The notes below the pieces were generated by a model. The model saw only the letters and a program-made list of their open reading frames with translations, was not told the DNA's origin and did no database searches. Both the position numbers and the translations under genes were made by a program. From Bdellovibrionales bacterium (GTDB taxonomy: Bacteria > Bdellovibrionota > Bdellovibrionia > Bdellovibrionales > UBA1609), in assembly GCA_965261545.1 (NCBI GenBank), contig CBDHDF010000011.1, positions 1 through 64,000 of the forward strand: 64,000 bases of DNA. The letters run 5' to 3'. How positions within the stretch are numbered: the first letter of the stretch is position 1; every line of letters begins with the position of its first letter. This document shows, piece by piece, positions 10,753-20,408 of the stretch.

Positions 10753-10812
10753 TAGTGCTCCGTCAAAAAAGTTTTTCCCTATGTTGATTTAATCAACTTT
10801 GACGGAGCACTA
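10753..10812. mobile_element. 60-bp miniature inverted-repeat element (MITE-like)
   Basis: Perfect 15-bp IR TAGTGCTCCGTCAAA / TTTGACGGAGCACTA with TA at both ends. Confidence 0.6.
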
Positions 10813-11200
10813 GTGATCTCGGTTGAACTCAAAATGCCGGTGACAAGTTCACATTTCGGCACAAACTTCATTCTTCACTTCGTTTTCTTAGTTTTTGTTA
10901 GGCGCCAATTAAAATTGGCCATTTTTAGAAGCCGTCGCCAATGAAAAACGGCCAGTTGATGATGTACTGATTTAGTTATTCTTCGTTCAGAGTTTAGTCA
11001 AGTGTCTTTATTTTGCTCATCATTTAACTCGGACTATGCCACAAGATTCTGAGGAATGATTTTCTGCCCACCACTTTTGGCATGACCCCAAATGCATCCT
11101 TCAGCCCTATGGCAGAGGTAAATGGAGTATTTTTCAGGATTCCTTGGCGCAGCTAATGTCTAAAGCTCCGCGAGAGTGACGAGCAAATAGTACGGTAAAA

Positions 11201-11298
11201 GCCAGTTATCCATAAATTTATCCATGGCGACACTGCGGCTGTGACCCCGATGTCTAGCAACGCAGTGCTGCTGTGGATAAATTTTGTGGATAACTGGC
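11201..11298. repeat. Long imperfect hairpin with DnaA-box sequences, homologous to 25535-25626
   Basis: GCCAGTTATCCA...TGGATAACTGGC. TGTGGATAA at 11272-11280 and 11285-11293. Confidence 0.85.
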
Positions 11299-11325
11299 GA
11301 GTTCCTTCCCCAAAAGTGGGGATCT

Positions 11326-12108
11326 CTAATGAACTTCTTTGGTTGAACTTTCCTCTTTGCTCTGTTTAGACTTGGCTTTTGCCGATTCGGTTCTCCAACT
11401 TTCTTTTCCTTCAATGTTGAGGGTTTCACAGTTGTGAATGATTCGATCAACAGCAGCAGCGGTGGTAATAGGGTTAAGAAACACCTTATCCCATTCAGAG
11501 TATGTTAAGTTTGTAGTGATCATGAGACTTTTCCTTTCATATCGCTGAGATATGAATTGAAAGAAAAGATCTGCCCCCTCTGTGCAGGAAGCTGTATAGC
11601 CAAGTTCATCACAAGCAATAAGATCAAAACGGTCTAATTTCTTAAAAAGAGCATTCAATGAGAGTTCTTTCTTGCTTTCACGCATTGTTTCAATAAGTTC
11701 ATGAGTGGTGACCCATAAACATCGATAGCCTTGTTCACAGAGTGAACGAACTAGGGACATGGCCAAATGACTTTTCCCCATTCCAAAGCTTCCGTAAAAC
11801 ACAACATTACAGGCTTTTCTGACCCACTCTCCCTCTGCCATCCAATTAATTTGCTGAGCTGTCACTCCCGTTCTTTTCTGGAAGTTATAAGTTTGGAGTG
11901 ATTTAAGTTGAGGAAGCTTGGCCCCCTTAAGCAATCTTTTCACTCTCTGGGAATGCTTGTCAGCAAGCTCATTTTGAACGAGTATACCTAAATACTGTTC
12001 ATACGTCTTTTTTGTTTTTTCGGCAACTCTAGCCGTTGCAACATATTCATCCGCCATCGCTGGAAGTCGGAGTTTTTTAAGAGAACCTATAAGTTCTTCG
12101 TGATTCAT
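11326..12108 (-). CDS. istB: IS21 helper ATPase IstB
   Basis: GSFGMGKS, LIACDELGY, ITTNL, AAVDRIIH. 1-nt overlap with the istA stop. Confidence 0.95.
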   Translation of the reverse strand: MNHEELIGSLKKLRLPAMADEYVATARVAEKTKKTYEQYLGILVQNELADKHSQRVKRLLKGAKLPQLKSLQTYNFQKRTGVTAQQINWMAEGEWVRKACNVVFYGSFGMGKSHLAMSLVRSLCEQGYRCLWVTTHELIETMRESKKELSLNALFKKLDRFDLIACDELGYTASCTEGADLFFQFISQRYERKSLMITTNLTYSEWDKVFLNPITTAAAVDRIIHNCETLNIEGKESWRTESAKAKSKQSKEESSTKEVH

Positions 12109-13574
12109 TAAGAACCTCCTATGTTTGGAACAAGACTGTCATATTGAGACAATCTAGGTTGAAGTGGTTTTTGTTGGTCATTCAAATTAATTTTGGTGGG
12201 ATTTCCTAAGAGCAAATCTTTTATGGATTTAAAGTCGAAAATCTCACGACTTTCTAATTGAAGCTCCATGGCTGTAGATAAGTCCTGCCAACTCACATGC
12301 TGAATCAAGTTGATAACTCTTAAATATTCATGCTCGGCACGGCTTGAATCTTGTTGCTTGAGGTATTGATAAAAATTTTCAAACACATTTGTTGGAAAAA
12401 GAATGGATCGGTGAGCCCATCTTACCATGGCTTGCGGCTTACGAACTAAAGAAGGAAGGATATGTTCAAGAAGAAGACTATGCTCCCCATCAGGTTTTCT
12501 TTGATGGCGAGCGACAATTTCTTGCTTCCCTCCTGCACGATAGATCGTGACATGATAGGGACCCTGTACGGTTTTACAGGGAGATTGGATCACCTCATCA
12601 GGTATGGAATATGTGGTTTTACCTATTCTCAAAGTCCCATAACCATTACTTTGACAAATATTCACCTTACAGAGAATATCTTCATCTCGTGGAGGCAAAG
12701 GCTTAAGAACTTTGGCCTCCTCCTCAAAGCGAGATTTGGTGGAGTCACTCTGATGCTGATCCATATAAGACTCTAAAAACTGATTCAAATGATCCCAGTC
12801 TTTAAAAACAATTCCTTTGTTTCTAACAATATTTTTTATCCGAGAACTGAAGGTTCGAATATCACGCTCCACATCTCCCTTGTCAGAGCCCTTCCCTGCG
12901 CGGCAGGGAAGAACCTTAAATCCATAGTATTGGATGGCTCGATCAAAAGATTGGGTGTAAATTCGCTGATTTCCTTTAAGAACTTTCTTCACACAGGGAG
13001 ATAAATTATCAATACGGATGTTCGCACTCATCCCACCTATCTTTTCAAAAAAAGCATGCACCCCATCGATGAAACACTCATAGACAAGAAAGGGGTAGGC
13101 ACGAACCCAACAGGTGCCACTACAAGGCAATGTTCCAAAATGGAGATGAACGATCTGAACACCATCGGCAAATGGTAAAGCAACCTTCTCCTTAAAATCA
13201 AACTGAGCCTGTTCTCCAGGATCATATCTTTGGCTGAAAAAACGCTCCTTGGGGCGAGAACCAAGAATCTCACAAACTCTTCTCTGAACCGTTCTCTCAC
13301 TCCCACGATAACCCTCCTCAACTAATAGCTCATATATTTCACGGGCGGTGTTACTTGGGTTCAACTTCAAAAAGTACTTCACCCGATCCATATATCCATT
13401 AAGGGGATCTGGGCGAGTTCTTTTGGACCTCGCCTTGTACTTCGGTGGGGTGTTGGACTCACAGTACTTGCGCACCGTCTTACGATTGATCCCTAATTCA
13501 CGAGATATTTCTGTCTTATTTTTACCACTGTGACTCAGGTCACGAATGCGGCCGAAAGTGTATTGACTAATCAT
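12108..13574 (-). CDS. istA: IS21 transposase IstA
   Basis: HTH ISRELGINRKTVRKY; EQAQFDF, IRIDN, KGDVE. Start set to ATG 13574, which follows GAGGAGGA. Confidence 0.95.
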   Translation of the reverse strand: MISQYTFGRIRDLSHSGKNKTEISRELGINRKTVRKYCESNTPPKYKARSKRTRPDPLNGYMDRVKYFLKLNPSNTAREIYELLVEEGYRGSERTVQRRVCEILGSRPKERFFSQRYDPGEQAQFDFKEKVALPFADGVQIVHLHFGTLPCSGTCWVRAYPFLVYECFIDGVHAFFEKIGGMSANIRIDNLSPCVKKVLKGNQRIYTQSFDRAIQYYGFKVLPCRAGKGSDKGDVERDIRTFSSRIKNIVRNKGIVFKDWDHLNQFLESYMDQHQSDSTKSRFEEEAKVLKPLPPRDEDILCKVNICQSNGYGTLRIGKTTYSIPDEVIQSPCKTVQGPYHVTIYRAGGKQEIVARHQRKPDGEHSLLLEHILPSLVRKPQAMVRWAHRSILFPTNVFENFYQYLKQQDSSRAEHEYLRVINLIQHVSWQDLSTAMELQLESREIFDFKSIKDLLLGNPTKINLNDQQKPLQPRLSQYDSLVPNIGGS

Positions 13575-14177
13575 AAGATCCTCCTCATTGCTAACCTTTT
13601 GAGTTGCAAGAGGGAGGGACTCTGTGAGCTTATCTATATCAGAAGAAGAGACTTCATTGTCTAGTATTTGAACACTCCCTGAAGATTGGTCACTTTTCAT
13701 TGGCGACAACCTCCATATTGAAAGTGGGACATTTTAATTGGCGACGGCTTTAAGGGAAGCCTGTCTTCAGAAAGAAATTCCATGAAAATTGAGGCAAATG
13801 TTGGAATCTTGTGGAATTTAAATACTTTAGAAAATGGGCACAGCCTAAACAGGCTTTTCTTGACTATATATTTAACCTCATTGAAATCCAGAAACAGTCT
13901 ACAAATGACAAATATGGAACCTGAATAGGCTGTCATGGAAGGACTCTCCAACACGGAGCCCCTTTCCAGGTCGACAAGAACCCAAAAGGAGTTCTTATCA
14001 GCTCGGAGCCTTTTTATGAGTAATATCAATTGATTATATGCGTCTCGGTTGACAATGCCAAAAATCACCATAGGTCCTCCTCTGAAAAGTGGCCACTTTT
14101 CATTGGCGACGGTGGGGCATTTTAATTGTCAGCTAACAGTTTTGAGCCATCACCCATAATTGCACTCCATCATCCCT

Positions 14178-15056
14178 ATGAAAGTTGTGATTCCATGGAA
14201 ATACTTAGTTGGCAGTTTATATTGGCGAGGTGTCCTAACATCACTGGATGAATTCAATTTCTACCTCGAACTCAAAACCAAGACTCCCTCTCACCTTCTT
14301 CGATGCGCTCAATCCGAAAAACTGCACAACTATTTCAACTCCCGGCCTTCCTGGGAGGCTCAAGCCCAAAGCGAATGGGAGTGGTGTCTTCATCATCAGG
14401 TTTACCTCACAGTTCCTGGAGAAGAAGAATACCCCTTTTACGGTCTAGAAAAGCCTCCTCTTCTTATAAGTTATATGGGAGCCACTTGTTGGAAAAAGCA
14501 CTCCGGCCTGTCTATTGTGGGAAGTCGTAACCCCTCCCAGGCCAGCCTCTTGTGGCTTGAAACTTACCTGCCAAGACTTTTGAAAACCAGAAGTGACTTA
14601 ATCACTGTGAGTGGTGGAGCCCATGGCATTGACCAAAAGGTTCACTCTGTTTCTCTTCAAGTGGGAAGGCCCACCATCAGCATTTTGCCTTCGGGCCTAG
14701 ATCGATGCTATCCGCAAAAGATGAAGAGCTGGATTCCCCATATATTGGCCGCAGGGGGGGCTATTATGAGCTCCTTTGCTCCTCAGTACCCCGTTTACAA
14801 ATCTAGCTTTTATAAGAGAAATCTTCTTATTGCTGGAATCTCAGAAGCTACTTTCATTGTTGAAGCAAGAAGAAAAAGTGGGAGTCTCTTAACGGCGCAG
14901 CACGCTCTCAGATTGGGAAAATCCATAGCCTCCCTCCCCGCAAGCCCCTTGGATATAAAAGCTCTTGGTGGTCTCGACCTTCTCTACGATGGGGCCATTA
15001 TGGTTCGAGATGAGAAAGACCTTGAGATCTTTATCAACCAAGCCTATGTGGAGTGA
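14178..15056 (+). CDS. dprA: DNA-processing protein DprA/Smf
   Basis: SIVGSR, VSGGAHGID, FYKRNLLIAG, VEARRKSGSLLTA. Start uncertain. Confidence 0.92.
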   Translation: MKVVIPWKYLVGSLYWRGVLTSLDEFNFYLELKTKTPSHLLRCAQSEKLHNYFNSRPSWEAQAQSEWEWCLHHQVYLTVPGEEEYPFYGLEKPPLLISYMGATCWKKHSGLSIVGSRNPSQASLLWLETYLPRLLKTRSDLITVSGGAHGIDQKVHSVSLQVGRPTISILPSGLDRCYPQKMKSWIPHILAAGGAIMSSFAPQYPVYKSSFYKRNLLIAGISEATFIVEARRKSGSLLTAQHALRLGKSIASLPASPLDIKALGGLDLLYDGAIMVRDEKDLEIFINQAYVE

Positions 15057-15077
15057 TCTCAGCCTATGTGGAGTGAT
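15041..15077. repeat. 17-bp direct repeat duplicating the dprA 3' end
   Basis: AGCCTATGTGGAGTGAT at 15041 and 15061. Confidence 0.85.
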
Positions 15078-15138
15078 ATAAAACAATAAAACGATCCGCC
15101 CGTTCATATCTGTATGTTATCAGATATTATGAGTTATG

Positions 15139-15168
15139 TTGACCATGATATAGTCATGACTATATCAT
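15139..15168 (+). promoter_or_regulatory. Putative sigma70 promoter overlapped by a perfect 24-bp palindrome
   Basis: TTGACC-18nt-TATCAT. ATGATATAGTCATGACTATATCAT at 15145-15168. Confidence 0.65.
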
Positions 15169-15175
15169 AGTGCCC

Positions 15176-16303
15176 ATGAATAAAGTCAGGTATCTTCAGT
15201 CTCAAATTTCCAAGGACCTCGTTGAAAAAATGGCCTTTGTGGGTGGCCCAAGGCAGGTCGGCAAGACCACTTTATCTCGGCAAATCATCAAGCAAAAAAA
15301 CTCCTATTTAAATTGGGACAATGTGGAGCATCGATCTTCGATCATAAAAAATCAACTTCCCACTCATTTAAATGAACTCATTTTTGATGAGATCCATAAA
15401 TTTGCCAACTGGCGTGGTTTTATGAAAGGGCTTTATGATACCTACGGAGAGCAAATCAAAATTATTGTTACAGGCTCAGCCCGATTGGATCACTTTAAGA
15501 AGGGGGGAGATTCGCTCTTTGGTCGCTATCACTACTTTCGTCTCCACCCCTTCAGTCTCCGAGAGCTAAGTCCCAACCCTCATCCAGATGATGTGAACGC
15601 TTTATTAAATTTAGGTGGCTTTCCCGAGCCTATTCTCAAGGGCAGCCAGAGAAGTTATCGGCGCTGGTCTCTAGAAAGACTCCATCGAGTGGTGTACACG
15701 GATATCAATGACTTGGAGAACATAAAAGAAATATCATTGATGGAAACCTTGATTCACGCTCTCAATGATCGAGTGGGTTCTGCGCTCTCTGTGGAGAGCT
15801 TAAGGCAGGATTTGCAAGTAAATCACAATACCATCTCCCGGTGGTTAGACATTTTAGAGGCTCTCTACATATGCTATCGAATTTCTCCAATGGGTGGTTC
15901 TCGTATTAGAGCCGTTAAAAAGGAAAAAAAACTGTACCTCTGGGATTGGGCTCAAATCAATGACCCGGGGGCACGCTTTGAAAATATGGTGGCCTCTCAG
16001 CTTCTCAAGTACTGTCACTTTATTGAAGATACAGAGGGGTACCCCATGGAGTTGTGCTATATTAGAGACCGAGATGGAAGAGAAGTTGATTTTGTTGTCA
16101 TTCAGAACAATCAACCTCTCTTTGCCGTAGAATGCAAGGTTGCAGATCGGTCTCTATCCAAAGCCATCAAGTATTTTAAGGAGCGAACATGTATCCCACA
16201 GTTTTATCAAGTGCACTTAGGCCGTCGGGACATAGGATCCGCCGAAGTTGGAGGACGGAACCTGCCTTTTTGGAAGTTTTGCCAAATCAAAGAAATGCCC
16301 TAA
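15176..16303 (+). CDS. AAA+ ATPase, AAA_14/DUF4143 (COG1373) family
   Basis: GPRQVGKTT, IFDEIH, TGSAR, GGFPE, an HTH segment, FENMV, and a C-terminal EVDFV..VECK PD-(D/E)XK-like motif. Confidence 0.9.
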   Translation: MNKVRYLQSQISKDLVEKMAFVGGPRQVGKTTLSRQIIKQKNSYLNWDNVEHRSSIIKNQLPTHLNELIFDEIHKFANWRGFMKGLYDTYGEQIKIIVTGSARLDHFKKGGDSLFGRYHYFRLHPFSLRELSPNPHPDDVNALLNLGGFPEPILKGSQRSYRRWSLERLHRVVYTDINDLENIKEISLMETLIHALNDRVGSALSVESLRQDLQVNHNTISRWLDILEALYICYRISPMGGSRIRAVKKEKKLYLWDWAQINDPGARFENMVASQLLKYCHFIEDTEGYPMELCYIRDRDGREVDFVVIQNNQPLFAVECKVADRSLSKAIKYFKERTCIPQFYQVHLGRRDIGSAEVGGRNLPFWKFCQIKEMP

Positions 16304-16406
16304 TCAAACCAAATATGTTGTATTTTCACACTTCGCCTGGGGCTGATTGGAAAAATGGCCAACTGCAAAATTTAAGGTGGCTTCAATCACAAAAGTATAT
16401 TATCCC

Positions 16407-18341
16407 ATGGCCATGAATCAATGGAATAGGGAAAAAAGCTCCCAGCTTTATGGAGTTGAGCAATGGGGTGCTAGGTACTTAAGAATCAATGATAAGGGTC
16501 ACATTGAGGTCATGCCCCAGGGGCCAGGTGGTAAAACCTTGGACTTGTTTCAACTTGTTGGTGATCTTAAAGAAAGGGGCATTCGCCTTCCCACTCTCAT
16601 TCGTTTTCCTCAATTGGTAAAATCTCAAATCGACTTAATATCTGCCTGCTTTGCTCGCTCCATAGCGGAGTATGAGTATACGGGAAAATACACAGGGGTT
16701 TACCCCATCAAAGTGAATCAACAACGGCACCTTGTGGAAGAAATTGTTCACTTTGGAAATAATTGTGGACTTGGTCTTGAATGTGGCTCCAAACCGGAGC
16801 TTCTTATTTGCTTGGCTCTTATGGAGGGGGCGAATTCTCTCCTTATCTGCAATGGGTTCAAAGATGATGCTTATATTGAGATGGCTCTTCTCTCTCGCAA
16901 ATTGGGGCACCAAACTGTGATTGTTGTCGATCGTATGGCGGAGTTAGGTATGATTGTTGAGGCAGCTCAGAGAATTGATGTGCGACCCATTATTGGCTTT
17001 CGTACAAAGCTTCATAGTCTCCGCATCGAGGGTAGCGGTCGATGGGCGGAAACAGGGGGAAGTAAGTCCAAGTTTGGCTTGACCCCCTCTGAAATTGTGG
17101 AGGGAGTGAAATTTCTTAAAGAAAATCAAATGATCGATACCCTGCAACTGCTGCACTTTCACATTGGTTCACAAATTCCCTCGATTCAGTCTGTGAAAAC
17201 AGCCATGAAAGAGGGAGCCAGATTTTTCACAGAGATATACCACCTGGGGGCCCCTCTCACATACTTTGATGTGGGGGGAGGATTAGGGGTGGACTACGAT
17301 GGTTCAGGGCACTCGGATAGTTCCACGAACTACAGCGTGCAAGAATACGCCAATGATGTGGTTTCCATCACCCAGTCTATTTGCGATGAGAAATCCGTGC
17401 CCCACCCCTACATTGTCTCTGAATCAGGTCGCTTTCTTGTCGCCCATAGTTCCATGCTTGTTTTTGATGTGCTCGGTAGAAATAAGGTCACACGGGGTCC
17501 ACTTAATTTCAAGGTGACAGAGAAGGATTCCCGCCTTGTTCAAGACCTCAATGAGATGCTGCAAACAGTTCATGAGGGAAATATCAACGAATTTTATAAT
17601 GATTTGATTGAAAAAAAACGTGATACCAAGCAGCTTTTTTCCTACGGGGTGCTCAGCTTAGAGCAACGGGCCAAGGCCGAAGATTTGGCGGGCGTCATTA
17701 TAGAGAAAATGTCTTCTCTGGCAAAAAAAAGTGCCGAAGACGAAGAAATCTACTGGAGCCTTCAGGGAGAACTGTCGGAGACATATTTTTGCAATTTCTC
17801 TGTTTTTCAATCCCTTCCAGATTCTTGGGCTTTGGGCCAGCACTTTCCTGTCATGCCCATTCACCGCCTGAATGAAAGCCCCGATCACCGTGCCACATTG
17901 GCGGATCTTTCTTGCGACTCAGACGGAAAAATTGATACCTTTATAGACATTGATGGGGAGGGCCCCCAAAAATACCTTGAAGTTCACAAGCTCAAAGAAA
18001 ATGAACCCTACTACATCGCCGTTTTTATGACGGGCGCTTATCAAGAGACATTGGGTGATTTACATAATCTGTTTGGCGATACGGATGCCGTGCATATCAC
18101 TTTGAAGGACAAGGGCTACAGCGTCGATCACTATGTGAGAGGGGACTCTGTCACAAAAGTCTTGGGCTATGTGCAGTATTACAAGTCTCAGTTGGTAGAA
18201 CATGTTCGGCGAGCCAGTGAGGAGGGGATTCTCAATAGGTCTCTTTCACGGGAAGAAGCTCGCTTGCTTTTAAATCACTATGAAGAGGGACTTTCTGGTT
18301 ACACCTACTTAGAAGAAGATCGTCGAAACGGAATCAAGTAA
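16407..18341 (+). CDS. speA: Biosynthetic arginine decarboxylase
   Basis: YPIKVNQ, GLECGSKPEL, HFHIGSQ, GGGLGVDYDG, FSVFQSLPDSW, GAYQETLGDLHNLFG. Confidence 0.97.
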   Translation: MAMNQWNREKSSQLYGVEQWGARYLRINDKGHIEVMPQGPGGKTLDLFQLVGDLKERGIRLPTLIRFPQLVKSQIDLISACFARSIAEYEYTGKYTGVYPIKVNQQRHLVEEIVHFGNNCGLGLECGSKPELLICLALMEGANSLLICNGFKDDAYIEMALLSRKLGHQTVIVVDRMAELGMIVEAAQRIDVRPIIGFRTKLHSLRIEGSGRWAETGGSKSKFGLTPSEIVEGVKFLKENQMIDTLQLLHFHIGSQIPSIQSVKTAMKEGARFFTEIYHLGAPLTYFDVGGGLGVDYDGSGHSDSSTNYSVQEYANDVVSITQSICDEKSVPHPYIVSESGRFLVAHSSMLVFDVLGRNKVTRGPLNFKVTEKDSRLVQDLNEMLQTVHEGNINEFYNDLIEKKRDTKQLFSYGVLSLEQRAKAEDLAGVIIEKMSSLAKKSAEDEEIYWSLQGELSETYFCNFSVFQSLPDSWALGQHFPVMPIHRLNESPDHRATLADLSCDSDGKIDTFIDIDGEGPQKYLEVHKLKENEPYYIAVFMTGAYQETLGDLHNLFGDTDAVHITLKDKGYSVDHYVRGDSVTKVLGYVQYYKSQLVEHVRRASEEGILNRSLSREEARLLLNHYEEGLSGYTYLEEDRRNGIK

Positions 18342-18387
18342 TCATCAATTTATATTATCAGATATATGAGTTAAAAGGGGAGATGAG

Positions 18388-19617
18388 ATGGATATCACCA
18401 TTATCGGCATTGGTATTCTTTTCTTTTTTGGCCATGGGCTGAACTGGTGTTTTGCAAAGACTAAGATTCCAGATACCTTTGTCCTTGTGGCTCTTGGCTA
18501 TATCCTTGGGCCTACCCTAGGTGTTATGAGCGCCGATGACTTTGGCAAAATGGGACCCGTCTTCTCCACAGCCGCCCTGATTTTCATTCTCTATGAGGGG
18601 GGGCTTCACTTAAGTGCCAAGGACTTGCTCACTTCCAGCCTTCCTGCCGCCGGCCTTTCTCTTTTGGGTTTTCTCCTGATTGCTCTCATAGGAACCCTCA
18701 TTAGTGGCACCATAGGTTTTCAATCATGGCCCATATCCATCCTTCTAGGTGTTGGAATCGGAAGCACATCTTCAGCGATTGTGATTCCCATGGTCAAAAA
18801 ATTGTCCATTCCCGATCAGGTAAAAACAATTCTTTCCTTGGAATCTGCTTTTACAGATGTTCTTACCATTGTGATTTTTTTGGTGGTGGTTGACTCCTTG
18901 GTATCGGGAGCTTTTAGCCCCCAAGAGTTATTGATTGGAATTGGCCCCAAAACTTTGCTGGCGGGTTTGATGGGGATGAGTGCGGGTATGGTGTGGGCTG
19001 TGATTAAAAAGAAATGGGCTCCCATGGTGACCATGGCCTTTGCTGGAGAAGCTTGGGCCCTTCTCACCTACGGTATTATCGAGTTTACGGGGCATAATGG
19101 AGCCATTGGAGTTCTCGCCCTTGGGTTTATGTTGGCCAATCTCAATCTTCTCCCCCACTGGCTTTGTGGCTTAATGAGTGCTACACCCGTTCCCTATGAG
19201 GACCTTTCTATTCTCAAAGAGTTGACTTTTTTATTGAGAACTTTTTTCTTCTTGTACCTTGGACTTCTTATCAATTTTGCCAGTTGGCAAACAGTGGGTT
19301 TGGCTTTTCTCATCACCTTATTTATTTTTGCGACGCGTTACATAGCTGTGCAACTCCTTTTTCGCCCTGAGAAATACAGCCGTCTGGATGCGATGATTTC
19401 AGTCAGCATGGGGCCCAGGGGCTTGGCCTGTGCCGTTCTCGCAACCATTCCCCTTCAAAAGGGAATTGAGGGAGGGGAGTGGTTGCGAGACACTCTCTTT
19501 GCTTTGATTCCCATGAGCATTGCAATAACAGCAGGGCTGGTGATTTTCAGTGAAAACTCAATTTGGCGCTCTCGTTGTAAAAAGCTATTTGGGCGCTACA
19601 GGGATCAACAAATTTAG
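18388..19617 (+). CDS. Cation:proton antiporter (CPA1/NhaP-like)
   Basis: Many TM segments; ILYEGG, LESAFTD, GPRGLA. Confidence 0.85.
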   Translation: MDITIIGIGILFFFGHGLNWCFAKTKIPDTFVLVALGYILGPTLGVMSADDFGKMGPVFSTAALIFILYEGGLHLSAKDLLTSSLPAAGLSLLGFLLIALIGTLISGTIGFQSWPISILLGVGIGSTSSAIVIPMVKKLSIPDQVKTILSLESAFTDVLTIVIFLVVVDSLVSGAFSPQELLIGIGPKTLLAGLMGMSAGMVWAVIKKKWAPMVTMAFAGEAWALLTYGIIEFTGHNGAIGVLALGFMLANLNLLPHWLCGLMSATPVPYEDLSILKELTFLLRTFFFLYLGLLINFASWQTVGLAFLITLFIFATRYIAVQLLFRPEKYSRLDAMISVSMGPRGLACAVLATIPLQKGIEGGEWLRDTLFALIPMSIAITAGLVIFSENSIWRSRCKKLFGRYRDQQI

Positions 19618-19645
19618 ATTTAGGCTTTTAAGGTTTAGGTTTTAG

Positions 19646-20251
19646 GTGATGGTCAAATTTACACTTTCTAAAATGAGGCTTCTCTATGACAGCTGTATAG
19701 GCTGGGCCGATCACCCCTATGGAGTGCAAGCTCTTTGTTGTATGGCTTTGATTGAGTCCATTTTTTTTCCCATCCCCGTAGACCCCCTTCTTATGGCCAT
19801 GAGCACGGGGCGACCGAAGAAGTCTTTATATTTTTCTTTACTGACAACAATTTTTTCTGTGCTGGGAGCTTTTGGAGGTTACATGATAGGTGCTATCTTT
19901 TGGAATATCATGAGCCGCTATATCGCCACTGAGGGGGGGGTGTTTCTATCTTACTTTCATGTTGCCCAAAACATGTTTAAAGACCATGCGTTGTGGGCCA
20001 TGGTCCTTGCAGGCTTCACTTTTTTGCCTTTTAAGGTCTTCACTGTGAGTGCAGGTCTATGTGGGGTGGGGCTTGTTCCATTTTTTATAGGCTCTTTGTT
20101 AGGGCGTGCGGCACGATTCTTTCTTATTGGTGCTTTATTCTATTTTTTTGGTTCTCAAATCCGAGGGTTCATTGAAGCCCATTTTGAAAAAACTATCCTT
20201 TTGATTTGTGCCCTCGTTGTTTTAACCGCCATTTTATGTATCGCTTATTAA
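19646..20251 (+). CDS. YqaA/DedA (VTT-domain) membrane protein
   Basis: ESIFFPIPVD, GFTFLPFKVFT, GRAARFF. Confidence 0.88.
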   Translation: MMVKFTLSKMRLLYDSCIGWADHPYGVQALCCMALIESIFFPIPVDPLLMAMSTGRPKKSLYFSLLTTIFSVLGAFGGYMIGAIFWNIMSRYIATEGGVFLSYFHVAQNMFKDHALWAMVLAGFTFLPFKVFTVSAGLCGVGLVPFFIGSLLGRAARFFLIGALFYFFGSQIRGFIEAHFEKTILLICALVVLTAILCIAY

Positions 20252-20408
20252 TACATTGCATTAATTCCTCTCATTGGGGCGTCTATACCCCGGTGGGAGA
20301 GTTATACTCACAGGACGAAGGTCCATCCATAATCATTCACAGCTATTTTAATATAAATCATATAAAAATTTTATATATTAGGTCGCTTCTTATGCTAACA
20401 TAATTTTT

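Larger units (their letters stand above)
10896..14138 (-). mobile_element. IS21-family element B, apparently intact
   Basis: TG...CA ends (TGTTAGGCGCCAATTAAAAT / TGTTAGCTGACAATTAAAAT). 5-bp TSD GTTTT at 10891-10895 and 14139-14143. Multiple subterminal repeats. Confidence 0.95.

Noticed and set aside
11201..11298. DnaA boxes as oriC
   Set aside because: They lie inside TSD-bounded IS elements, only two perfect boxes occur in each, and no dnaA/dnaN/gidA context is present.
13697..14071. 124-aa ORF as an IS21 passenger gene
   Set aside because: It runs through the transposase-binding repeats and has no recognisable domain; not supportable without a search.
19612..19646. TTTAGG-like repeats (also ~32705-32742 and ~57755-57775) as telomere-like sequence
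   Set aside because: Short, degenerate and intergenic; explained by the general micro-duplication tendency.
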